From the NCBI GenBank assembly GCA_964016885.1, contig OZ024744.1, forward strand, positions 132,680,001 to 132,744,000: DNA of 64,000 bases. Reading direction: 5' to 3'. The notes under the pieces were generated by a model that was given only the letters and a program-made list of their open reading frames with translations, was not told the DNA's origin and did not search any database. Position numbers and translations under genes: made by a program. Positions 12,089 through 23,700 of this stretch are shown piece by piece (the first letter of the stretch is position 1; each line of letters starts with the position of its first letter). Source of the DNA: Eledone cirrhosa (taxonomy: Eukaryota).

Positions 12089-12320
12089 GAATGAATTTGA
12101 GTTCATAGTCGAAATATATACTTCTGCATTAATCTTTTTACGTTTTTTTGATTTTTTTTAAAAAAACGTAAAAAATTAATGCTTTTACAAATCTTTTGAA
12201 ATATTTACTTTCTAGTTTCAAATTTTGCAGATTAAATTTTTCTCGAAAAACCTAAAAAATCAGTTGTCGAAATCAGAAGTTAATATTTCGAAAAACGCAA
12301 TTTGAAAAACTCATATTAAT
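12089..12320 (+). repeat. ~230-bp complex module of satellite B (representative copy; about 25 copies in the window)
   Basis: GAATGAATTTGAGTTCATAGTCG...GCAATTTGAAAAACTCATATTAAT recurs every ~580-920 bp in B1, defining a variable higher-order repeat. Confidence 0.92.
12126..12182. repeat. ~23-bp-stem hairpin within the B module
   Basis: GCATTAAT(C)TTTTTACGTTTTTTT pairs with AAAAAAACGTAAAAAATTAATGC, with one bulged C and a ~10-nt loop. Present in most module copies. Confidence 0.9.
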
Positions 12321-15300
12321 TTTTTTTCGAAAACATTATATAATCAATTTTTTAGAAATATTTATATCTGATTTCAAATATTGATTTTTTTAGGTTTTTC
12401 GAAAACCCTATATAATCAATTTTTTTGTACTTTTAGAAATATCTATATCTGATTTCATGTATTGATTTTTTTATATTTTTCGAAAAATCTTATATAATCA
12501 ATTTTTTTACGTTTTTAAAAAAACCTTATATAATCAATTTTTTTTAGGTTTTTCGAAAAACCTTATATAATCAATTTTTTTATGTTTTTTCGAAAAATCT
12601 TATATAATCAATTTTTTTACGTTTTTAGAAATATTTATATCTGATTTCAAATATTGATTTTTTTTAGATTTTTCGAAATACCTTATATAATCAATTTTTT
12701 TTAGGTTTTTCAAATTACCTTATATAATCAATTTTTTTTATCTGATTTCAAATATTGATTTTTTTAGCTTTTTCGACAAAATCTTATATAATCAATTTTT
12801 TTTAGGTTTTTCGAAAAAGAATGAATTTGAGTTCATAGTCGAAATATATACTTCTGCATTAATCTTTTTACGTTTTTTTGATTTTTTTTAAAAAAACGTA
12901 AAAAATTAATGCTTTTACAAATCTTTTGAAATATTCACTTTCTAGTTTCAAATTTTGCAGATTAAATTTTTCTCGAAAAACCTAAAAAATCAGTTGTCGA
13001 AATCAGAAGTTAATATTTCGTAAAACGCAATTTGAAAAACTCATTAATTTTTTTTCGAAAACTTATTATATAATCAATTTTTTTATACTTTTAGAAATAT
13101 TTATATCTGATTTCAAATATTGATTTTTTTAGGTTTTTCGAAAACCCTATATAATCAATTTTTTTGTACTTTTAGAAATATCTATATCTGATTTCATGTA
13201 TTGATTTTTTTATATTTTTCGAAAAAGCTTAGATAATCAATTTTTTTAGGTCTTTCGAAAACATTATATAATCAATTTTTTTTTAGGTTTTTCGAAAAAA
13301 CCTTATATAATCAATTTTTTTTAGGTTTTTCAAATATTGATTTTTTTAGCTTTTTCGACAAAATCTTATATAATCAATTTTTTTTAGGTTTTTCGAAAAA
13401 GAATGAATTTGAGTTCATAGTCGAAATATATACTTCTGCATTAATCTTTTTACGTTTTTTTGATTTTTTTAAAAAAACGTAAAAAATTAATGCTTTTACA
13501 AATCTTTTGAAATATTTACTTTCTAGTTTCAAATTTTGCAGATTAAATTTTTCTCGAAAAACCTAAAAAATCAGTTGTCGAAATCAGAAGTTAATATTTC
13601 GAAAAACGCAATTTGAAAAACTCATATTAATTTTTTTTCGAAAACATTATATAATCAATTTTTTAGAAATATTTATATCTGATTTCAAATATTGATTTTT
13701 TTAGGTTTTTCGAAAACCCTATATAATCAATTTTTTTGTACTTTTAGAAATATCTATATCTGATTTCATGTATTGATTTTTTTATATTTTTCGAAAAATC
13801 TTATATAATCAATTTTTTTACGTTTTTAGAAAAACCTTATATAATCAATTTTTTTTAGGTTTTTCGAAAAACCTTATATAATCAATTTTTTTATGTTTTT
13901 TCGAAAAATCTTATATAATCAATTTTTTTACGTTTTTAGAAATATTTATATCTGATTTCAAATATTGATTTTTTTTAGATTTTTCGAAATACCTTATATA
14001 ATCAATTTTTTTTAGGTTTTTCAAATTACCTTATATAATCAATTTTTTTTATCAGATTTCAAATATTGATTTTTTTAGCTTTTTCGACAAAATCTTATAT
14101 AATCAATTTTTTTTAGGTTTTTCGAAAAAGAATGAATTTGAGTTCATAGTCGAAATATATACTTCTGCATTAATCTTTTTACGTTTTTTTGATTTTTTTT
14201 AAAAAAACGTAAAAAATTAATGCTTTTACAAATCTTTTGAAATATTTACTTTCTAGTTTCAAATTTTGCAGATTAAATTTTTCTCGAAAAACCTAAAAAA
14301 TCAGTTGTCGAAATCAGAAGTTAATATTTCGAAAAACGCAATTTGAAAAACTCATATTAATTTTTTTTCGAAAACATTATATAATCAATTTTTTTTTAGG
14401 TTTTTCGAAAAAACCTTATATAATCAATTCTTTTTTTGGTTTTTTCGAAAAATCTTATACAATCAATTTTTTTACGTTTTTAGAAAAACCTTATATAATC
14501 AATTTTTTTTAGATTTTTCAAAAAACCTTATATAATCAATTTTTTTTAGGTTTTTCGAAAAACCTTATATAATCAATTTTTTTTGTTTTTTTGAAAAATC
14601 TTATATAATCAATTTTTTTACGTTTTTAGAAATATTTATATCTGATTTCAAATATTGATTTTTTTTAGGTTTTTCGAATTACCTTATATAATCAATTCTT
14701 TTTTTGGTTTTTTCGAAAAATCTTATATAATCAATTTTTTTACGTTTTTAGAAAAACCTTATATAATCAATTTTTTTTAGATTTTTCAAAAAACCTTATA
14801 TAATCAATTTTTTTTGTTTTTTTGAAAAATCTTATATAATCAATTTTTTTACGTTTTTAGAAATATTTATATCTGATTTCAAATATTGATTTTTTTTAGA
14901 TTTTTCGAAACACCTTATATAATCAATTTTTTTTAGGTTTTTCAAATTACCTTATATAATCAATTTTTTTTATCTGATTTCAAATATTGATTTTTTTAGC
15001 TTTTTCGACAAAATCTTATATAATCAATTTTTTTTAGGTTTTTCGAAAAAGAATGAATTTGAGTTCATAGTCGAAATATATACTTCTGCATTAATCTTTT
15101 TACGTTTTTTTTATTTTTTTTAAAAAAACGTAAAAAATTAATGCTTTTACAAATCTTTTGAAATATTCACTATCTAGTTTCAAATTTTGCAGATTAAATT
15201 TTTCTCGAAAAACCTAAAAAATCAGTTGTCGAAATCAGAAGTTAATATTTCGTAAAACGCAATTTGAAAAACTCATTAATTTTTTTTCGAAAACTTATTA

Positions 15301-16617
15301 TATAATCAATTTTTTTATACTTTTAGAAATATTTATATCTGATTTCAAATATTGATTTTTTTAGGTTTTTCGAAAACCCTATATAATCAATTTTTTTGTA
15401 CTTTTAGAAATATCTATATCTGATTTCATGTATTGATTTTTTTATATTTTTCGAAAAAGCTTAGATAATCAATTTTTTTAGGTCTTTCGAAAACCTTATA
15501 TAATCAATTTTTTTTTAGGTTTTTCGAAAAAACCTTATATGATCAATTTTTTTTAGGTTTTTTCTAAAAATCTTATATAATCAATTTTTTTTAGGTTTTT
15601 CGAAAAACCTTATATAATCAATTTTTTTTGTTTTTTCGAAAAATCTTATATAATTAATTTTTTTACGTTTTTAGAAATATTTATATCTGATTTCAAATAT
15701 TGATTTTTTTTTAGATTTTTCGAAATACCTTATATAATCAATTTTTTTTAGGTTTTTCAAATTACCTTATATAATCAATTTTTTTTATCAGATTTCAAAT
15801 ATTGATTTTTTTAGCTTTTTCGACAAAATCTTATATAATCAATTTTTTTTAGGTTTTTCGAAAAAGAATGAATTTGAGTTCATAGTCGAAATATATACTT
15901 CTGCATTTTTACGTTTTTTTGATTTTTTTTAAAAAAACGTAAAAAATTAATGCTTTTACAAATCTTTTGAAATATTTACTTTCTAGTTTCAAATTTTGCA
16001 GATTAAATTTTTCTCGAAAAACCTAAAAAATCAGTTGTCGAAATCAGAAGTTAATATTTCGAAAAACGCAATTTGAAAAACTCATATTAATTTCTTTTCG
16101 AAAACATTATATAATCAATTTTTTTATACTTTTAGAAATATTTATATCTGATTTCAAATATTGATTTTTTTAGGTTTTTCGAAAACCCTATATAATCAAT
16201 TTTTTTGTACTTTTAGAAATATCTATATCTGATTTCATGTATTGATTTTTTTATATTTTTAGAAAAAGCTTAGATAATCAATTTTTTTAGGTCTTTCGAA
16301 AACCTTATATAATCAATTTTTTTTTAGGTTTTTCGAATAAACCTTATATAATCATTATTTTTTAGGCTTTTTCGAAAAATCTTATATAATCAATTTTTTT
16401 ACGTTTTTCGAAAAAACTTATATAATCAATTTTTTTTAGGTTTTTCAAAAAACCTTATATAATCAATTTTTTTTAGGTTTTTCGAAAAACCTTATATAAT
16501 CAATTTTTTTTGTTTTTTCAAAAAATCTTATATAATCAATTTTTTTACGTTTTTAGAAATATTTATATCTTATTTCAAATATTGATTTTTTTTAGATTTT
16601 TCGAAATACCTTATATA

Positions 16618-16681
16618 ATCAATTTTTTTTAGGTTTTTCAAATTACCATAAGGTAATTTGAAAAACCTAAAAAAAATTGAT
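16618..16681. repeat. Perfect inverted repeat, 30-bp arms, 4-nt loop (copy 1)
   Basis: ATCAATTTTTTTTAGGTTTTTCAAATTACC-ATAA-GGTAATTTGAAAAACCTAAAAAAAATTGAT. Confidence 0.95.
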
Positions 16682-17308
16682 CTGATTTCAAATATTGATT
16701 TTTTTAGCTTTTTCGACAAAATCTTATATAATCAATTTTTTTTAGGTTTTTCGAAAAAGAATGAATTTGAGTTCATAGTCGAAATATATACTTCTGCATT
16801 AATCTTTTTACGTTTTTTTGAAAAAATTAATGCTTTTACAAATCTTTTGAAATATTTACTTTCTAGTTTCAAATTTTGCAGATTAAATTTTTCTCGAAAA
16901 ACCTAAAAAATCAGTTGTCGAAATCAGAAGTTATATCTCGTAAAACGCAATTTGAAAAACTCATATTAATTTTTTTTCGAAAACTTATTATATAATCAAT
17001 TTTTTTATACTTTTAGAAATATTTATATCTGATTTCAAATATTGATTTTTTTAGGTTTTTCGAAAACCCTATATAATCAATTTTTTTGTACTTTTAGAAA
17101 TATCTATATCTGATTTCATGTATTGATTTTTTTATATTTTTCGAAAAGGCTTAGATAATCAATTTTTTTTAGGTTTTTTCGAAAAATCTTATATAATCAA
17201 TTTTTTTACGTTTTTAGAAATATTTATATCTGATTTCAAATATTGATTTTTTTTAGATTTTTCGAAATACCTTATATAATCAATTTTTTTTAGGTTTTTC
17301 AAATTACC

Positions 17309-17483
17309 CCGACTTAACCCCGACTTAACTTAACCCCAACTTAACTTAACCCCAACTTAACTTAACCCCAACTTGACTTAACCCCAACATAACTCACACC
17401 CAACTTAACTTACCCCCAACTTAACTTAACCCCAACTTGACTTAACCCCAACTTAACTTAACCCCAACTTAACTTAACGCCAA
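17309..17483 (-). repeat. Junction-associated inverted satellite A segment (175 bp), copy 1
   Basis: Starts AAATTACC|CCGACTTAACCCCGAC and ends TTAACGCCAAAGTCGGAG. Appears identical at 27974, 41669 and 51759. Confidence 0.95.
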
Positions 17484-19507
17484 AGTCGGAGTTAAGTTAA
17501 GTTGGGGTTAAGCTAAGTTGGGGGTAAGTTAAGTTGGGGGTAAGTTAAATTGGGGTTAAGTTAAGTTGGGGTTGAGTGAAGTTGGGGTTAAGTTAAGTTG
17601 GGGTTAAGTTAAGTTAGGGTTAATTTAAGTTGGGGTTAAGTTAAGTTGGGGTTAACTTAAGTTGGGGTTAAGTTAAGTTGGGGTTAATTTAGGTTGGGGT
17701 TAAGTTAAGTTGGGGTTAAGATAAGTTGGGGTTAAGTTAAATTGAGATTAAGTTAACTTGGGTTTGAGTTAAGTTGGGGATAAGTCAAGTGGTGGTTATG
17801 TTAAGTTGGGGTTAAGTTAAGTTGGGGTTAAATTAAGTTGGGGTTAAGTTAAGTTGGGTGTAAGCTAAGTTGGGGTTGAGTGAAGTTGGGGTTAAGTTAA
17901 GTTGGGGTTAAGTAGAGTTGGGGTTAAGTTAAGTTGGGGTTAAGTTAAGTTGGTGTTAAGTTGGGGTTAAGTTAAGTTGGGGTTAAGTTAAGTTGGGGTT
18001 GAGTGAAGTTGGGGTTAAGTTAAGTTGGGGTTAAATTAAGTTGGGGTTAACTTAAGTTGGGTTTAAGTTAAGTTGCGGTTAAGTTAAGTTGGGGTTAAGT
18101 TAAGTTGGGGTTAAGTTAAGTCGGGGTTAAGTTAAGTTGGGGTTGAGTTAAGTTGGGGTTATTTTAAGTTGAGGTTATGTTAAGTTGGGGTTAATTTAAG
18201 TTGGGGTTAAGTTAAGTTGGGGTTAATTTAAGTTGGGGTTAAGTTCAGTTGGGGTTAATTTAAGTTGGGGTTAAGTTAAGTTGGGTTTAAGTTAAGTTGG
18301 GGTTAAGTTAAGTTGGGGTTAAGTTAAGTTGGGTTTAAGTTAAGTTGGGGCTAAGTTAAGTTGGGTCTAATTTGAGTTGGGGTTAAGTTAAGTTGGGGTT
18401 AAGTTAAGTTGAGGTTAAATTAAGTTGGGGTTAATTAAGTTGGGGTTAAGTTAAGTTGGGGTTAAGTTAAGTTGAGGTTAAGTTAACTTGGGGTTAAGTT
18501 AAGTTGGGGTTAAGTTAAGTTGGGGTTGAGTTAAGTTGGGGTTGGGTTAAGTTGGGGTTAAGTTAAGTTGGGGTTAAGTTAAGTTGGGGTTAAGTTAAGT
18601 TGGGTTAATTTAAGTTCGGGTTAAGTTAAGTTCGGGGTAAGCTAAGTTGGGGTTCAGTTAAATCGGGTCTAAGTTAAGTGGGAGGTTAAGTTAAGTTGGG
18701 GTTGAGTTAAGTTGTGGTTAATTTAACTTGGGGTTAAGTTAAGTTAAGTTTGAGTTAAGTTGGGGTTAAGTTGGGGTTAAGTTAAGTTGGGCTTAAGTTA
18801 CGTTGGGGTTAAGTTAAGTTGGGGTTAAGTTGAGGTTAAGTTAAGTTGTGGTTAAGTTAAGTTGGGGCTAAGTTAAGTTGGGGCTAAGTTAAGTTGGGGT
18901 TAAGTTAAGTTGGGGTTAATTTAAGTTGGGGTTAGGTTAAGTTGGGGATAAGTTAAGTTGGGGATAAGTTAAGTTGGGGTTAAGTTAAGTTGGGTTTAAG
19001 TTAAGCTGGGGTTAAGTTAAGTTGGGGTTAAATTAAGTTGGGGTTAAGTTAAGTTTGGGTTAGGTTAAGTTGGGGATAAGTTAAGTTGGGGATAAGTTAA
19101 GTTGGGGTTAAGTTAAGTTGGGTTTAAGTTAAGTTGGGGTTAAGTTAAGTTGGGGTTAAGTTAAGTTGGGGTTAAGTTAAGTTGCGGTTAGTTAAGTTGA
19201 GTTTAAGTTAAGTTGGGGTTAATTTAAGTTGGGGTTAAGTTAAGTTGGGGTTCAGTTCAGTTGGGGTTAAGTCAAGTTGGGGTTAAGTTAAGTTGGGGTT
19301 AAGTTAAGTTGGGGTTAGGTTAAGTTGGGGATAATTTAAGTTGGGGATAAGCTAAGTTGGGGTTAAGTTAAGTTGGGTTTAAGTTAAGTTGGGGTTAAGT
19401 TAAGTTGGGGTTAAATTAAGTTGGGGTTAAGTTAAGCTGGGGTTAAATTAAGTTGGGGTTATGTTAAGTTGGGGTTAAGTTAAGTTGGGGTTAGTTTAAG
19501 TGGGGTT

Positions 19508-19852
19508 AACCCCAACTTAACTTAACCCCAACTTAACTTAACCCCAACTTCACTCAACCCCAACTTAAATTAACCCCAACTTCACTCAACCCCAACTTAA
19601 CTCAACCCCAACTTAAATTAACCCCAACTTAAATTAACCCTGACTTAACTTAACCCCGACTTAACTTAACCCCGACTTAACTTAACCCCAACTTAACTTA
19701 AACCCCAACTTAACTTAACCCCAATTTAACTTAACCCCAACTTGACTTAACCCCAACTTAACTCACACCCAACTTAACTTACCCCCAACTTAACTTAACC
19801 ACAACTTGACGTAAACCCAACTTAACTTAACCCCAACTTAACTTAACCCCAA
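19508..19852 (-). repeat. Inverted satellite A island, type I
   Basis: Same entry (TAGTTTAAGTGGGGTT|AACCCC), internal GACGTAAACCC marker and exit as 1442-1786. Confidence 0.95.
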
Positions 19853-20511
19853 AGTCGGAGTTCAGTTAAGTTGGGGTTCAGTTAAGTTAGGCTTAACTTA
19901 AGTTGGGGTTGAGTTAAGTTGGGGGTAAGTTAAGTTGGGGGTAAGTTAAGTTGGGGTTAAGTTAAGTTGGGGTTAAGTTGGGGTTAAGTTAAGTTAGGGT
20001 TAAGTTAAGTTGGGGTTGAGTTAAGTTGGGGTTAAGTTAAGTGTTGGTTATGTTAAGTTGGGGTTAAGTTAAGTTGGGGTTAAATTAAGTGGGGTTAACT
20101 TAAGTTGGGTGTAAGTTAAGTTGGGGTTGAGTGAAGTTGGGGTTAAGTTAAGTTGGGGTTAAGTTAAGTTAGGGTTAATTTAAGTTGGGGTTATGTTAAG
20201 TTGGTGTTAAGTTAAGTTGGGGTTAAGTCGAGTTGGGGTTAAGTTAAGTTGGGGTTAAGTTAAATTGGTGTTAAGTTAAGCTGGGGTTAAGTTAAGTTGG
20301 GGTTAGTTAAGTTGAGTTTAAGTTAAGTTGGGGTTAATTTAAGTTGGGGTTAAGTTAAGTTGGGGTTCAGTTAAGTTGGGGGTAAGTTAAGTTGGGGTTG
20401 AGTTAAGTTGTGGTTAAGTTAAGTTGGGGTTAGGTTAAGTTGGGGTTAAGTTAAGCTGGGGTTAAATTAAGTTGGGGTTAAGTTAAGTTGGGGTTAGGTT
20501 AAGTTGGGGTT

Positions 20512-20743
20512 AACCCCAACTTCACTCAACCCCAACTTAACTTAACCCCAACTTCACTCAACCCCAACTTAACTCAACCCCAACTTAACTTAACCCTAAC
20601 TTAACTTAACCCCGACTTAACTTAACCCCAACTTAACTTAACCCCAACTTAACTTAACCCCAACTTAACTTAATCCCAACTTGACTTAACCCCAACTTAA
20701 CTCACACCCAACTTAACTTACCCCCAACTTAACTTAACCCCAA
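20512..20743 (-). repeat. Inverted satellite A island, type II (~232 bp)
   Basis: Palindromic entry followed by CTTCACTC; exit CCCCAAAGTCGGAG. Confidence 0.95.
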
Positions 20744-23700
20744 AGTCGGAGTTAAGTTAAGTTGGGGTTAAGTTAAGTTAGGCTTAACTTAAGTTGGGGT
20801 TAAGTTAAGTTGGGGGTAAGTTAAGTTGGGGGTAAGTTAAGTTGGGGTTAAGTTAAGTTGGGGTTAATATAAGTGGTGGTTATGTTAAGTTGAGGTTAAG
20901 TTAAGTTAGGGTTAAATTAAGTTGGGGTTAAGTTAAGTTGGGTGTAAGTTAAGTTGGGGTTGAGTGAAGTTGGGGTTAAGTTAAGTTGGGGTTAAGTAGA
21001 GTTGGGGTTAAGTTAAGTTGGGGTTAAGTTAAGTTGGTGTTAAGTTGGGGTTAAGTTAAGTTGGGGTTAAGTTGGGGTTAAGTTAAGTGGTGGTTATGTT
21101 AAGTTGGGGTTAACTTAAGTTGGGGTTAATTTAAATTGGGGTTAAGTTAACTTTGTGGTTAAGTTAAGTTGGGGTTAAGTTAAGTTGGGGTTAAATTAAG
21201 TTGGGGTTGAGTGAAGTTGGGGTTAAGTTAAGTTGGGGTTAAGTTAAGTTGGGGTTAACTTAAGTTGGGTTTAAGTTAAGTTGCGGTTAAGTTAAGTTGG
21301 GGTTAAGTTAAGTTGGGGTTAAGTTAAGTCGGGGTTAATTTAAGTTGGGGTTGAGTTAAGTTGGGGTTAATTTAAGTTGAGGTTATGTTAAGTTGGGGTT
21401 AATTTAAGTTGGGGTTAAGTTAAGTTGGGGTTAAGTTAAGTTGGGGTTAATTTAAGTTGGGATTAAGTTCAGTTGGGGTTAAATTAAGTTGGGGTTAAGT
21501 TAAGCTGGGGTTAAATTAAGTTGGGGTTAAGTTAAGTTGGGGTTAAGTTAAGTTGGGGTTAAGTTAAGTTAGGGTTAATTTAAGTTGGGGTTATGTTAAG
21601 TTGGGGTTAAGTTAAGTTGGGGTTAAGTCGAGTTGGGGTTAAGTTAAGTTGGGGTTAGTTAAGTTGAGTTTAAGTTAAGTTGGGGTTAATTTAAGTTGGG
21701 GTTAAGTTAAGTTGGGGTTCAGTTAAGTTGGGGTTAAGTTAAGTTGGGGTTAAGTTAAGTTGGTTTAAGTTAAGTTGGGGTTAGGTTAAGTTGGGGATAA
21801 TTTAAGTTGGGGATAAGCTAAGTTGGGGTTAAGTTAAGTTGGGTTTAAGTTAAGTTGGGGTTAAGTTAAGTTAGGCTTAACTTAAGTTGGGGTTAAGTTA
21901 AGTTGGGGGTAAATTAAGTTGGGGGTAAGTTAAGTTGGGGTTAAGTTAAGTTGGGGTTAAGTTAAGTGGTGGTTATGTTAAGTTGGGGTTAAGTTAAGTT
22001 GGGGTTAAATTAAGTTGGGGTTCAGTTAAGTTGGGGTTAAGTTAAGTTGGGGTTAGGTTAAGTTGGGGATAAGTTAAGTTGGGGATAAGTTAAGTTGGGG
22101 TTAAGTTAAGTTGGGTTTAAGTTAAGTTGGGGTTAAGTTAAGTTGGGGTTTAATTAAGTTGGGGTTGAGTTAAGTTGGGGTTGACTTAAGTTGGGCTTAA
22201 GTTAAGTTGGGGTTAAGTTAAGATGTGGTTAAGTTAAGTTGGGGTTAAGTTAAGTTGGGGTTAAATTAAGTTGGGGTTAAGTTAAGTTGGGGGTAAGGTA
22301 AGTTGGTGGTAAGTTAAGTTGGGGGTAAGTTAAGATGGGGCTAAGTTAAGTTGGGGTTAAGTTAATTTGGGGTTAAGTTAAGTTAGGGTTAAGTTAAGTT
22401 GGGGTTGACTTAAGTTGGGGTTAAGTTAAGTTGGGGTTATGTTAAGTTGGGTTTAAGTTAAGTTGGGGTTAAGTTAAGTTGGGGTTAAGTTAAGTTGCGG
22501 TTAAGTTAAGTTGGGGTTAAGTTAAGTTGGGGTTAAGTTAAGTTGGGGTTAAGTTAAGTTGGGGTTAATTTAAGTTGGGGTTAAATTAAGTTGGGGTTAA
22601 TTTAAGTTGGGGGTTAAGATAAGTTGGGGTTAAGTTAAGTTGGGGTTAAATTAAGTTGGGGTTAAGTTAAGTTGGGTTTAATTTAAGTTGGGGTTAAGTT
22701 AAGTTGGGGTTGAGTTAAGTTGGGGGTAAGTTAAGTTGGGGGTAAGTTAAGTTGGGTGTAAGTTAAGATGGGGTTAAGTTAAGTTGGTGTTAAGTTATTT
22801 TGGGGTTAAGTTAAGTTGGGGGTAAGTTAAGTTGGTGATAAGTTAAGTTGGGGGTAAGTTAAGTTGGGGTTAAGTTAAGTTGGGTTAAGTTGGGGTTAAG
22901 TTAAGTTAGGGTTAAGTTAAGTTGGGGTTGAGTTAAGTTGGGGTTAAGTTAAGAGGTGGTTATGTTCAGTTGGGGTTAAGTTAAGTTGGGGTTAAGTTAA
23001 GTTGGGGTTAAGTTAAGTTGGGGTTAAGATAAGTTGGGGTTAAGTTAAGTTGGGGTTGAGTTAAGTTGGGGTTGAGTTAATTTGGGGTTAAGTTAAGTTG
23101 GGGTTAACTTAATTTGGGTTTAATTTAAGTTGGGGTTAAGTTAAGTTGGGGTTAAATAAAGTTGGGATTAAGTTAAGTTGGGTGTACGTTAAGTTGGGGT
23201 TGACTGAAGTTGGGGTTAAGTTAAGTTGGGGTTAAGTAGAGTTGGGGTTAATTTAAGTTGGTGTTAAGTTAAGTTGGTGTTAAGTTGGGGTTAAGTTAAG
23301 TTGGGGTTAAGTTGGGGTTAAGTTAAGTGGTGGTTATGTTAAGTTGGGGTTAAGTTAAGTTGGGGTTAATTTAAATTGGGGTTAAGTTAACTTTGTGGTT
23401 AAGTTAAGTTGGAGTTAAGTTAAGTTGGGGTTAAGTTAAGTTGGGGTTAAGTTAAGTTGGGGTTGAGTTAAGTTGGGGTTAATTTAAGTTGGGGTTAAGT
23501 TAAGTTGGGTTTAAGTTAAGTTGGGGTTAAATTAAAGTGGGGTTAAGTTAAGTTGGGGGTAAGTTAAGTTGGGGGCAAGTTAAGTTGGGGTTAAGTTAAG
23601 TTGGGGTTAAGTTAAGTTGGGTTTAAGTTAAGTTGGGGTTAAATTAAGTTGGGGTTAAATTAAAGTGGGGTTAAGTTAAGCTGGGGTTAAGTAGAGTTGG

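Larger units (their letters stand above)
11507..17308 (+). repeat. Satellite B block B1 (AT-rich, ~5.8 kb, 7 modules)
   Basis: ~37-bp subunit CCTTATATAATCAATTTTTTTTAGGTTTTTCGAAAAA, a subunit containing GAAATATTTATATCTGATTTCAAATATTGA, and a module starting GAATGAATTTGAGTTCATAG at ~12089, 12819, 13401, 14130, 15051, 15866 and 16759. Confidence 0.96.

Noticed and set aside
12126-12216. Helitron 3' end (hairpin followed by CTAG|T at 12212-12216)
   Set aside because: The hairpin is AT-rich and ~30 bp from the CTAG rather than short, GC-rich and close. The CTAG lies within a diverged B subunit, and there is no RepHel coding sequence or defined 5' end.
16658-16906. 82-aa ORF, identical at 37477-37725 and 41017-41265
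   Set aside because: It starts at a TTG inside the fold-back palindrome and runs through satellite B subunits. It is open only in the copies with the hairpin deletion. The F/K/N/I-rich composition reflects A/T tracts and there is no recognisable domain. Identity among copies is explained by duplication.
11507-17308. CRISPR array suggested by ~37-bp palindromic repeats
   Set aside because: The repeats abut each other or are separated by recurring modules rather than unique spacers. Homopolymer lengths vary and there are no cas genes.
11500-17320. B block as a piggyBac-like insertion into a TTAA site
   Set aside because: There is no TTAA target-site duplication and no terminal inverted repeats at the B ends, and the flanking A changes orientation across B.
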